DNA from: an uncultured Gammaproteobacteria bacterium
GTDB lineage: Bacteria > Pseudomonadota > Gammaproteobacteria > GCA-001735895
NCBI GenBank assembly: GCA_964488685.1
Contig: CAZAVY010000004.1
Coordinates: 158 to 64,157 of the forward strand
DNA: 64,000 bases
Reading direction: 5' to 3'
The position numbers and the translations under genes are program-made. This document shows, piece by piece, positions 56,147-64,000 of the stretch. Below the pieces are notes generated by a model that worked only from the letters and a program-made list of their open reading frames with translations, did not search any database and was not told the origin of the DNA. Every line of letters begins with the position of its first letter. The first letter of the stretch is position 1.

Positions 56147-57246
56147 ACGGCCTGGAGGTTACATTGTTCCAGCACTCGCCAATACCGTTGAATGTAACGC
56201 TGCATTGCGAACCCGGAGAAGTGTTGGCGTTGGTCGGGCCGTCGGGCAGCGGTAAATCAACAGTGCTCCGGTGTATCGCCGGGTTGTATCGCCCAAAAAT
56301 TGGTTCGATTCGTTGTCGCGGCAAAACCTGGTATTGCAGCGAGCGCAAAGTGAATTTAACCCCGCAACTTCGTCGCGTAGGTTTTGTATTCCAGCACTTT
56401 GAATTGATGCCGCACCTTAGCGTGTTGGGAAATCTGTGCCTGGCGCTTGGTGAGTTACCACGCAATCAACGCAAAGCGAAGGCCCGCAAATTACTCGCCC
56501 GTGTCCACCTTGAGGGATTTGATGAGCGAATGCCGGCCCAGCTTTCAGGCGGTCAGCAGCAACGTGTTGCATTGGCGCGTGCGCTGGCTCGTGATCCTGA
56601 ATTGCTGTTGTTGGATGAGCCTTTCTCCGCGGTAGATCAGGTAACACGCCGTAAGTTGCGCCGTGAAATGATTGCTTTAACGCGTAGTATACAAATCCCC
56701 ATCGTATTGGTGACGCATGACCTCGACGAGGCCAGCATGCTGGGTGATCAAATCAGTGTGTTACAGAATGGCAATTCTCTACAACAGGGCTTATCGGCTG
56801 ACGTGCTGGGGCGTCCTGCGAGCGCTACTATCGCGCGTTTAATTGATCTTCGGAATCTATTCGAGGCACGCGTAGTCAGTCACCAAATAGACAAAGCTAC
56901 GACCAAAATTGACTGGGGCGATATGCAATTACAAACATCGCTGGCAGAGCAATTCAACCCGGGCGAGTCAGTTTGTTTCTGTATCGCGCCGGACAAAGTG
57001 CTGCTTCACCAACGAGTACGTCCCTCCGGTGGAAGGGTCGAAAACCCCGTTGCTTTGAAAATTCGAGACATAATCACAGTTGGCAGTATCGCGAGCCTGA
57101 TACTGGACACTCGGTGTGGAAAATCGCTGGAAATGGATTTGCCGCCCCACGTGGTCGAGCGTAATCACCTAACAATCGGTGATGAGGTGAGCGTGTCGCT
57201 ACTTGGTGAATCGATTCATCTGATGCCGTGGCAGACACTGCGCTGA
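56143..57246 (+). CDS. modC: molybdate ABC transporter ATP-binding protein
   Basis: Walker A GPSGSGKST, LSGGQQQRVALARAL, and a C-terminal TOBE-like domain. GTGA overlap with modB. Confidence 0.85.
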   Translation: MNGLEVTLFQHSPIPLNVTLHCEPGEVLALVGPSGSGKSTVLRCIAGLYRPKIGSIRCRGKTWYCSERKVNLTPQLRRVGFVFQHFELMPHLSVLGNLCLALGELPRNQRKAKARKLLARVHLEGFDERMPAQLSGGQQQRVALARALARDPELLLLDEPFSAVDQVTRRKLRREMIALTRSIQIPIVLVTHDLDEASMLGDQISVLQNGNSLQQGLSADVLGRPASATIARLIDLRNLFEARVVSHQIDKATTKIDWGDMQLQTSLAEQFNPGESVCFCIAPDKVLLHQRVRPSGGRVENPVALKIRDIITVGSIASLILDTRCGKSLEMDLPPHVVERNHLTIGDEVSVSLLGESIHLMPWQTLR

Positions 57247-57282
57247 TTTTCGGTGAAACTTACTTGAACACATTCAGGACTA

Positions 57283-58308
57283 TTGCTTGCTATGAAACCG
57301 ACTCTAAAAGACCAGCTTAATCGCCCGTTACATGACTTGCGTATTTCGGTGACCGACCGTTGTAACTTCCGTTGCGTTTACTGCATGCCCAAACGGAAGT
57401 TTGGCAAAGACCACATATTTTTGCCGCGTAACGAGTTGTTGAACTTTGAAGAGATCGAGCGTATAGCACGGGTATTTGTTGACCACGGTGTGCGTAAATT
57501 ACGCATTACCGGGGGCGAGCCTTTGATTCGCCAGCATCTGGAAAAGCTGATCGAACGGCTGGCCGAAATTTCGGGTGTTGAAGATTTGAGCATGACCACC
57601 AATGCCTCATTGCTTACCGCTAAACGCGCGCAATCTTTGCGCGATGCAGGCATGCAACGATTAAACGTTAGTCTCGACGCGCTTGACAATGAAACGTTTA
57701 AAGCGGTCAATGATGTGGATTTTCCGGTTGAGCGCGTACTGGATGGTGTAGCCGCCGCCCAATCAATCGGCTTTGAATCGATCAAAATAAATATGGTTGT
57801 GAAAAAGGGCATGAATGATCACAGCATATTGCCGATGGCGCGTTACTTTCATGGTTCTGGCCAAATCCTGCGATTTATTGAATTCATGGACGTCGGCACG
57901 ACAAATCAATGGGATTATGGCGCCGTGATTTCATCACGGAAAATAGCCGCTATTATTCATGCCGAATTGCCGATTGAACCGGTTCAGCCGAATTACAGAG
58001 GCGAGGTAGCCAGGCGTTGGCGTTACCTCGATGGTGGTGGCGAGATCGGCATTGTCTCTTCAGTCACTCAACCTTTTTGTGGCGATTGCTCGCGTGCGCG
58101 GTTGTCGGCAATCGGCAAAATCTACACCTGTCTGTTCGCTGGACAAGGCTACGATTTGCGCGATGTATTGCGTGCTTGCGATGACAATCGACTATTGAGT
58201 GAGCGTATCAGATCGATTTGGTTGCAGCGACGTGATCACTATTCGGAAACTCGCTCGTCGGTGTCAGTGTCCTTACCGCGAATTGAAATGTCTCACATCG
58301 GCGGATAA
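57283..58308 (+). CDS. moaA: GTP 3',8-cyclase (radical SAM, Moco biosynthesis)
   Basis: LRISVTDRCNFRCVYCMP radical-SAM motif; C-terminal CGDCSRARLSAIGKIYTCLF cluster. ATG 57292 is an alternative start. Confidence 0.9.
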   Translation: MLAMKPTLKDQLNRPLHDLRISVTDRCNFRCVYCMPKRKFGKDHIFLPRNELLNFEEIERIARVFVDHGVRKLRITGGEPLIRQHLEKLIERLAEISGVEDLSMTTNASLLTAKRAQSLRDAGMQRLNVSLDALDNETFKAVNDVDFPVERVLDGVAAAQSIGFESIKINMVVKKGMNDHSILPMARYFHGSGQILRFIEFMDVGTTNQWDYGAVISSRKIAAIIHAELPIEPVQPNYRGEVARRWRYLDGGGEIGIVSSVTQPFCGDCSRARLSAIGKIYTCLFAGQGYDLRDVLRACDDNRLLSERIRSIWLQRRDHYSETRSSVSVSLPRIEMSHIGG

Positions 58309-58369
58309 ACCGCATCAAGGTTAACCATTCGATGAGGCTGTAAAGCATGGCACTGGCCTGTTTGACATA

Positions 58370-58836
58370 CCCAAATCCGCGTATCTGTTGCGACAGGCGA
58401 GCGACCTCGTTGACGCTTCTGGAGACATTCCGGAAATCGCTGTCGTCGGTTCGATCGACACTGCCTGCGACATCGCCGGTCAGGCTGCTGTTGGTGAGGA
58501 GAAAGCCATCGTAGTTATAGGTCAGGGTACCATTGTCCGGCGCGGTAATACCGGTCAGTTGCGCACTGGTCGCATCGTAGGTGTAGCTATAGTTACCGGT
58601 GGGGACCACCATATTGTCCAGCAGAGTCGTGGTTGCGCCATAGTTCAGCGTGCTCAACTCACCGTCCGGGCGCGTCACGCCGGTGTCAGGCTCGCGAGAT
58701 TGCCGTTGGCATCGTAGTCGTACAGGATTTCGCGCAAGTCCGGCAGAATTTGCCGGGTGACGCGCCCGAGCCCATCGTACTCGAAGCGGGTCACCTGGTT
58801 TTCGGCATCGGTGATCGATTCGAGGAATCCTGCCAT
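58370..58836 (-). pseudogene. RHS/YD-repeat protein internal fragment, frameshifted
   Basis: Minus strand reads ...ENQVTRFEYDGLGRVTRQILPD..YDYDANGNLASLT, then a frameshift, then ...YSYTYDATSAQLTGITAPDNGTLTYNYDGFLL. Only about 155 codons of a normally >1000-aa protein remain. Confidence 0.6.
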
Positions 58837-58855
58837 GTTCGTTGTTCAATATCAT

Positions 58856-58905
58856 GGAGTCTGACCCCTTGATTTTTCTTGGAGTCTGACCCCTTGATTT
58901 TTCTT
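58856..58905. repeat. perfect 25-bp tandem duplication (x2)
   Basis: ggagtctgaccccttgatttttctt occurs twice back to back, between the RHS remnant and the vapC stop. Confidence 0.9.
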
Positions 58906-58910
58906 GCATA

Positions 58911-59333
58911 TTAAGCAAATGGGTTGCAAATAGTCAGTGTTTCTATCTTCTGCCCATGTTGCAAATCTTCGCTGTAAAGCACATCGCAATCAGATTCCAG
59001 TGCGGCACTAATAATTAACGAGTCATACCAGCTAAATCGCCAACGATTCTGAATATCCAGACTGCGATTGTAAAAATCATCAGTAGGATAGAAATCGCAA
59101 ATGATCAACAATACTTCCCGCAAATAATTCTGAGCTTGCTCGTGAGTCATGACAGGCTGAAATTTTCTTAACGCCAAATTAATAAACTCCTGAACGACTT
59201 GATAACTAATGATCCCCTTTTTATCCAATGCTGACTCAAGTAAATCTTGTGCAAGGTTTTGTTTTTGAGACGCTGAATTGTCAAAGGTGTAGACAATTAT
59301 ATTAGTGTCCAGAAAGAACTTGCTAGCGTTCAT
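58911..59333 (-). CDS. vapC: PIN-domain toxin VapC
   Basis: MNASKFFLDTNIIVYTFD... with acidic PIN residues. 140 aa; overlaps the upstream antitoxin gene. Confidence 0.85.
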   Translation of the reverse strand: MNASKFFLDTNIIVYTFDNSASQKQNLAQDLLESALDKKGIISYQVVQEFINLALRKFQPVMTHEQAQNYLREVLLIICDFYPTDDFYNRSLDIQNRWRFSWYDSLIISAALESDCDVLYSEDLQHGQKIETLTICNPFA

Positions 59334-59556
59334 TCATTTCATCTCGGCTAAACGATTGTCCACCTGTTGAGATGCCAGAAAACTCAGACATAAGCGCACG
59401 ATAGGTATTTATTCTTCGTTTTTTGCTCGCATTGTCATGCGTATAGACTGAAAGCCATTTCCGAAACTCAGCATTCAAGGTGGTTTTTTTCTGGTGTGCC
59501 TTCATACGCGCCTCTTCAATTAAATGCTCATCAGCGCTTAAAGTTATATTTCTCAT
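59323..59556 (-). CDS. vapB: VapB-type antitoxin
   Basis: 77 aa from the internal ATG (MRNITLSADEHLIEEARMKA...). 11-nt overlap with vapC. Confidence 0.6.
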   Translation of the reverse strand: MRNITLSADEHLIEEARMKAHQKKTTLNAEFRKWLSVYTHDNASKKRRINTYRALMSEFSGISTGGQSFSRDEMNER

Positions 59557-59859
59557 AAGTTGTGGGAAAAGCATGTTGGCACTGTTTTAGTGTACACTAT
59601 AACACTAAATGTTACAAAAAATGATGTAAGTGAGCACTGATTGGTAATAAAAACGCACAGAAACTGGGGTCGCCCATTCCGTAAAATGGTTCTGCCTTGT
59701 TGAATTGCATTCGAATTTACCCCACTTTTGCCGAGATTAGCATTGAATAACGAACCCGCCGAAAATCAAAAATCACATTGATTATCAGTCGAATATCCAG
59801 GAATGGGTGGTCTAAATTCAAATACAATTGATGGTTCAATATTCAGCGCAATTCAACCG

Positions 59860-61450
59860 TCATGCAACAAGGGGTAGTATTAATTGTATCGGTGAAGATT
59901 GGTTCACGCCAGGCGGCCCACCCGTGCTTTTTACCTGGTTTAAATATTCGCTTATCCTGGGTTTTGCAGGCCAGTCTTCGTTGATAGCGTTGCGTTGCTG
60001 TCGGTGCCAGCGTCTGCTGTTACCGTCAAGCGACACTACCGCGATTTCGGCAACCTTAGGCGTAGCCGCGAGTGCACGCTCAAAGTTACCATCGCTATAG
60101 AGTCTCGCGATTTCATACTCGTCCTTGTAGGCCATCAGGCTGAAATAACTGCGCGCCACCGCTTCGGTCAGTGGCAGTGTCTCAAATGCCTGCTGTCGTT
60201 GCTGGTCCTGCTCGAACTTGCGTACCCGGGTAACCAGGTGCAGATAACGGTCCGCATATTCTTGATCCTGGTAGGCGACAGGTAGCTGTTGATGACGGCA
60301 TGCGAATGATCCCGATTCAGATTCGCCAGCGCATCGTCGGCAGCCGAAAACACGAGGTCGGCCCCGAGCAGCAGGTGAGCTTCGCCGGCCGGTATCCGTA
60401 CCGAGTGTATCTGTTGCTGGAATTCAGCAATTCGAATATGCCCGGTTACCGCGCCGAATTTTTGTGCCAACCCGGTCTGGTTGAGTACCGATACACCCTT
60501 GTGTTCGATATTGGCGGCCATGCCGAGGATGGAACCAACCGTCAAGATGCCAGTACCGCCAATCCCGGTAATCAGGATATTGAACGGTCCGTCGATTGAA
60601 ATGCGTTGTGGCTCATCGAGCACGGGCCAGTCCGCGTTTTCAGTAACGGTCTGGCGTTTGCGTATCTGCCTGCCATGCACTGTGACAAAACTCGGACAAA
60701 AGCCCTTCACGCACGAAAAATCCTAGTTGCAGGCGCCTTGATCGATGGCTCGTTTACGACCCAGAGGGGTTTCAGTCGGGATAATCGACAGGCAATTGGA
60801 CTGTACCCCGCAATCACCGCAACCTTCGCACACCGCGTCGTTGTAAAGTATCTTGTAGGTGATGTTGACGCCGGCGGCAACCGCGGCGCGGATGGCCAAT
60901 AACCCCGAATGGAAGTAGGTGCCATCGCCGAGGTTTTGAAAAACATGCCGGGTTTCGGTGAATGGCGCCTGACCTAACCAGATCGCGCCTTCGCCGCCCA
61001 TCTGGGTGAAGGTATCAGTGTCGCGATCCATACAGGTCGCCATGTAGTGACAGCCGATGCCACCGAAGGCATTGGCATGCTTGAGTACATCCATGCTGCG
61101 GTCGAGTCCGGGCCTTTGCCGTACCACAGGTCAAAAACGCCGTCATATTTTGCGCCGGGGAACAATCCTACCTGTTGGCTACCCCAGACCGACGTCATCG
61201 CCAGGTCTTCGTTGACGCCGGGTAAAAAATGAATGTTATGCGCTTCGGTAAACTTGCTGGCTTGTCACAGCGCCTGGTCGAGTCCGCCGATGGGGGAGCC
61301 GCGATAACCGGAAATGAAGCAGGCCGTGTTGAGCCCGCGTTCGAGATCGCGTTGATGTTGCAGAATCGGCAATCTGACCAGCGCTTCGGTGCCGGTCATG
61401 AATGCCTTGCCATTGTCGAGAGAATTTTTATCGCCGAGAGAGACTTTCAT
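59860..61450 (-). pseudogene. indolepyruvate:ferredoxin oxidoreductase-family gene, collapsed by internal deletions and frameshifts
   Basis: Fragments lie in several frames: N-terminus FMTGTEALVRLPILQHQRDLERGLNTACFISGYRGSPIGGLD, then DGVFDLWYGKGPG, GIGCHYMATCMDRDTDTFTQMGGEG...NITYKILYNDAV, CEGCGDCGVQSNC...KGFCPSFVTVHG, ILITGIGGTGILTVGSILG and YKDEYEIARLY. About 1.6 kb remains, versus roughly 3.5 kb for intact homologs. Confidence 0.7.
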
Positions 61451-61590
61451 AACCGACCATGCCGAAGCGAATAACCTTGTAATTTTAATGTTATGAAGAA
61501 GAAGATTTGTTGTTTTTTTGTTGTTATTAGTCGAATTAATGGAAAACTATTCTATTTATAGATATGTTAATGAAATAAAGTACCAATCCT

Positions 61591-62061
61591 ATGAAGCTTT
61601 CATCAACCGATATAAAAATCCTTGGAATACTGCAACAGAATGCATCGCTAACCGCTGCCGAGATTGCCGAGCGGGTGAATTTGTCGACCTCTCCCTGCTG
61701 GCGCCGTATCAATCGATTGGAGAAGGAAGGGGTCATTCAAAAGAAGGTTGCACTGCTCGACTCCGAGAAACTGGGGATGGGGCTGGTCGTCTTTTCCCGA
61801 ATCAGCCTGTCAAAGAACGACGAGTCTTCCCTGTATCAATTCGAGGAGCGGGTGCGCCGGTTTCCGGAAGTGGTCGAGTGCTACACCGTCACCGGTTCGG
61901 CGGACTATTTCCTCAAGATAGTGACCCGAGATATCAAGCATTACGATCGGTTTCTGCGGCGTCACCTGTTACAGATGCCGTCGGTCAGGGACGTCAATTC
62001 AAACGTTGCGGTAACCCAGGTCAAGTACACCACCGGCTTGCCTCTGGAAACGCAACTATAA
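61591..62061 (+). CDS. Lrp/AsnC-family transcriptional regulator
   Basis: LSSTDIKILGILQQNASLTAAEIAERVNLSTSPCWRRINRLEKEGVI. Divergent from the Ior pseudogene, the usual pairing. Confidence 0.9.
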   Translation: MKLSSTDIKILGILQQNASLTAAEIAERVNLSTSPCWRRINRLEKEGVIQKKVALLDSEKLGMGLVVFSRISLSKNDESSLYQFEERVRRFPEVVECYTVTGSADYFLKIVTRDIKHYDRFLRRHLLQMPSVRDVNSNVAVTQVKYTTGLPLETQL

Positions 62062-62153
62062 AACCGGGTGTCCCCTTCTTTACAAATGCTTGCAGAATGA
62101 ACGACTAATAGGCTTAATACGCACTCTCAGGACTGAAGTAGTGCCATCCACGC

Positions 62154-62597
62154 ATGATAAACAAGATTCTGGTTGCAACCGACGCGTCCGCGGCGTCGAG
62201 TCGCGCGGTCAGCTATGCAGCAAATATGTCGGTTCTGCACGAGGCGGAACTACTGATTTTAAATGTGATTCGTGACATGCAGCTACCCGCAGAATTAAAG
62301 GACGCGCCCGAGTTCGAAACCTTTTACAACGCGCGTGATGACCTGATGCGCCAGGCAGCCGACAAGATTTTGAGCGCGGCGAAAAAGGCGGCCAGGAAGG
62401 AAGGGGCAAAAAAAATTCAGATCGCAATTGGTAGCGGCGACCCGGCCAACAGCGTTGCTGGATTTGCCAGGCGTCGCAAAGTGGATTTGATCGTTGTCGG
62501 TACCCGCGGTCTGAGCAAGATAAAAGTGGCCTCGATGGGCAGTGTATCGCGAAAATTACTCGATCTGACCGACGTCAACTGCCTGGTTATCAGGTAG
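62154..62597 (+). CDS. universal stress protein (UspA family)
   Basis: ILVATDASAAS...DLIVVGTRGLSKIKVASMGSVSRKLL. Confidence 0.85.
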   Translation: MINKILVATDASAASSRAVSYAANMSVLHEAELLILNVIRDMQLPAELKDAPEFETFYNARDDLMRQAADKILSAAKKAARKEGAKKIQIAIGSGDPANSVAGFARRRKVDLIVVGTRGLSKIKVASMGSVSRKLLDLTDVNCLVIR

Positions 62598-62802
62598 TTG
62601 CCCTGTTAGTGTACCGTCGCCAAGGGTACTTGCCTAACATCGTCATTGCGGCCCCCGAGCCGCAATCCAGTGAGCCCGAAATAGCAATAGTTTTTTAACC
62701 TGAATGACCCATCCAAAAGCGATATTTGCATGTAATACCTTTTGCTTTCGACATTACAGGTATGAATGGAAATCCAGTAAATAAAGGTTTTCAACTACCC
62801 CT

Positions 62803-62828
62803 GGATCCCGGCTCAAGGCCGGGATGAC
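62803..62828. repeat. REP-like palindromic unit (GGATCCCGGC-tcaag-GCCGGGATGAC)
   Basis: Same family as the units at 46053-46146. Sits between convergent genes. Confidence 0.55.
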
Positions 62829-62858
62829 AGCATAAATAAGTGCCGTTGGATCCCTGTC

Positions 62859-64000
62859 CTATTCTCCACGCACCCTGGACTTGCTCGGGTCGTAGAACGG
62901 GAAGCCGACCACTTTCGCCGGCAGGCGTTTTTGTTTTCCATCGAGTTTGCCGACTTCGACCCCGGTGCCGGGCTCGCTGTGTTCCACCTGGATCCGGCAT
63001 AGCGCAAGGTTTTTACGCAGGATCGGCGAGCGCCCCGCGCTGGTGATTTCGCCGACCTGGTTGCGCCCGATACCGACGCAGTCTCCGTTCGCCGCGAGCT
63101 CATCACCGGTCAACTCGAGTCCTACCAGCACCCGCTGTGGATTTTCTTTGCGTTTAATCAGTGCGGATTTACCGATGAAATCATCCGCCTTGGTTTTTAA
63201 CGGCACGGTAAACGGAATGCCCGCTTCAAAGGGGTCGGTTTGATCGCTGAATTCATACCCAGCGAAGATCAGGCCTGCCTCGACGCGCAACATGTCGAGT
63301 GCTTCGAGCCCCAGCGGGGTCAAATCGAATTCCTCGCCCGCTTGCCATATCGCATCCCAGACCGCCGGCGCATCCTGCGGATGGCAAAACACTTCGTAGC
63401 CTAGCTCGCCGGTGTATCCGGTGCGGGACACGACCAGCGGAATCCCGTTTTCGTCACCGATGCGTGCGATTGAAAAGCGAAACCATCCGAGCTCTTTGAG
63501 CGTGGCCTGATCCGGACGGGCCCAGATAATTTTTTTCAGAATATCGCGGCTCCGGGGGCCTTGTACCTGCAGGTTGTGCAATTGATCCGTGGAGTTGCGT
63601 ACCCAGGCCCGCAAACCGAGTTGTTGCGACTGCTCGCGCAACCAGATGCCGCTTTCGTCATTGCCGCCGATCCAGCGAAAATTATCCTGGCCGAGACGGT
63701 ACACGGTGCCGTCATCGATCATGCCGCCATTTTCATAACACATCGCGGTGTAAACCACCTGGCCGACCGCGAGACGCCGGATGTCACGCGTAACACAGGT
63801 TTGCATCAAATGCTCGGCGTCGGGGCCGGTCACCTCGTATTTACGCAACGGTGACAGATCGATTACAACCGCGCCTTCGCGACAGGCCCAGTATTCGTCG
63901 AGCGCACCGTACCGGGTGTAGCTGTTGGCTAGCCAGTAACCCGCGTACTCGATAAAGTTACGGGTATGTTCGGAAGTCCGGCTGTGGAAACCGGTTTCCC
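62859..64000 (-). CDS. GcvT-family aminomethyltransferase-like protein; 5' end off the window
   Basis: ORF 62859..63848 remains open in frame to the window end (GFHSRTSEHTRNFIEYAGYWLANSYTRYGALDEYWACREGAVVIDLSPLRKYEVTGPDA). Contains the GYTGELGYEVF motif. Confidence 0.8.
   Translation of the reverse strand, partial: ETGFHSRTSEHTRNFIEYAGYWLANSYTRYGALDEYWACREGAVVIDLSPLRKYEVTGPDAEHLMQTCVTRDIRRLAVGQVVYTAMCYENGGMIDDGTVYRLGQDNFRWIGGNDESGIWLREQSQQLGLRAWVRNSTDQLHNLQVQGPRSRDILKKIIWARPDQATLKELGWFRFSIARIGDENGIPLVVSRTGYTGELGYEVFCHPQDAPAVWDAIWQAGEEFDLTPLGLEALDMLRVEAGLIFAGYEFSDQTDPFEAGIPFTVPLKTKADDFIGKSALIKRKENPQRVLVGLELTGDELAANGDCVGIGRNQVGEITSAGRSPILRKNLALCRIQVEHSEPGTGVEVGKLDGKQKRLPAKVVGFPFYDPSKSRVRGE

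Noticed and set aside
58856-58905. CRISPR-like repeat
   Set aside because: Only two directly abutting copies, with no spacers and no cas genes. It is a simple tandem duplication.
58208-58918. 236-aa minus-strand ORF as an intact gene
   Set aside because: It is a composite: read-through of the 25-bp tandem repeat, one frame of the RHS fragment, and antisense of the moaA 3' end. The upstream YD repeats are in a different frame.
61518-62108. 196-aa ORF overlapping the Lrp gene in another frame
   Set aside because: The Lrp/AsnC frame (61591..62061) has a full, recognisable HTH and RAM domain. The alternative frame has no motif.

Overview
Chromosomal segment that looks gammaproteobacterial (gene content and roughly balanced GC judged by eye; taxonomy is inference). 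About 50 intact genes are mixed with an unusually high number of gene remnants.

Two linked respiratory loci stand out:
- (1) 19.8-33.8 kb: ccmF-ccmH-ccmI (no ccmG, no ccmABCDE) followed by a co-directional, cytochrome-rich cluster. It holds an amicyanin-like cupredoxin, a Tat-exported metallophosphoesterase, and six c-type cytochrome genes (7 CxxCH in total). It also holds a stand-alone paralog of the C-terminal third of CcoN, a CcoN-like and a CcoO-like subunit, a heme-less CcoP N-terminal anchor, an untracked ccoS and several tiny TM peptides. This is a non-canonical C-family heme-copper oxidase locus.
- (2) 47.3-58.3 kb: ECF sigma/anti-sigma, an arsenite-oxidase-like Rieske (AioB-like) plus Mo-bisPGD (AioA-like) enzyme, a diheme cytochrome c and a second amicyanin-like cupredoxin (both paralogous to proteins of locus 1), then modABC and moaA.

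A roughly 165-bp nested-palindrome (MITE-like) element occurs twice in opposite orientation. Each copy sits directly upstream of an ECF sigma gene, one intact and one decayed.

Other content:
- Transport and metabolism: MFS transporter, CsgG-like protein, rhodanese, hyuAB, a fused CydDC-type ABC exporter, amine oxidases, LemA plus M48 peptidase, DUF547, DcyD-like enzyme, HAD dehalogenase.
- Regulators and stress: a STAND-type regulator beside an Ig-domain lipoprotein, Lrp, Usp, and a GcvT-family gene cut by the right edge.
- Toxin-antitoxin: vapBC and an NTase pair.
- At least nine deletion-, frameshift- or nonsense-inactivated remnants: two LysR, GT2, TauD, ECF sigma, anti-sigma, P-type ATPase, RHS, and indolepyruvate:ferredoxin oxidoreductase.

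No rRNA, tRNA, CRISPR array or transposase gene was recognised. All calls come from reading the translations and sequence by eye, with no database search. Remnant coordinates are approximate.
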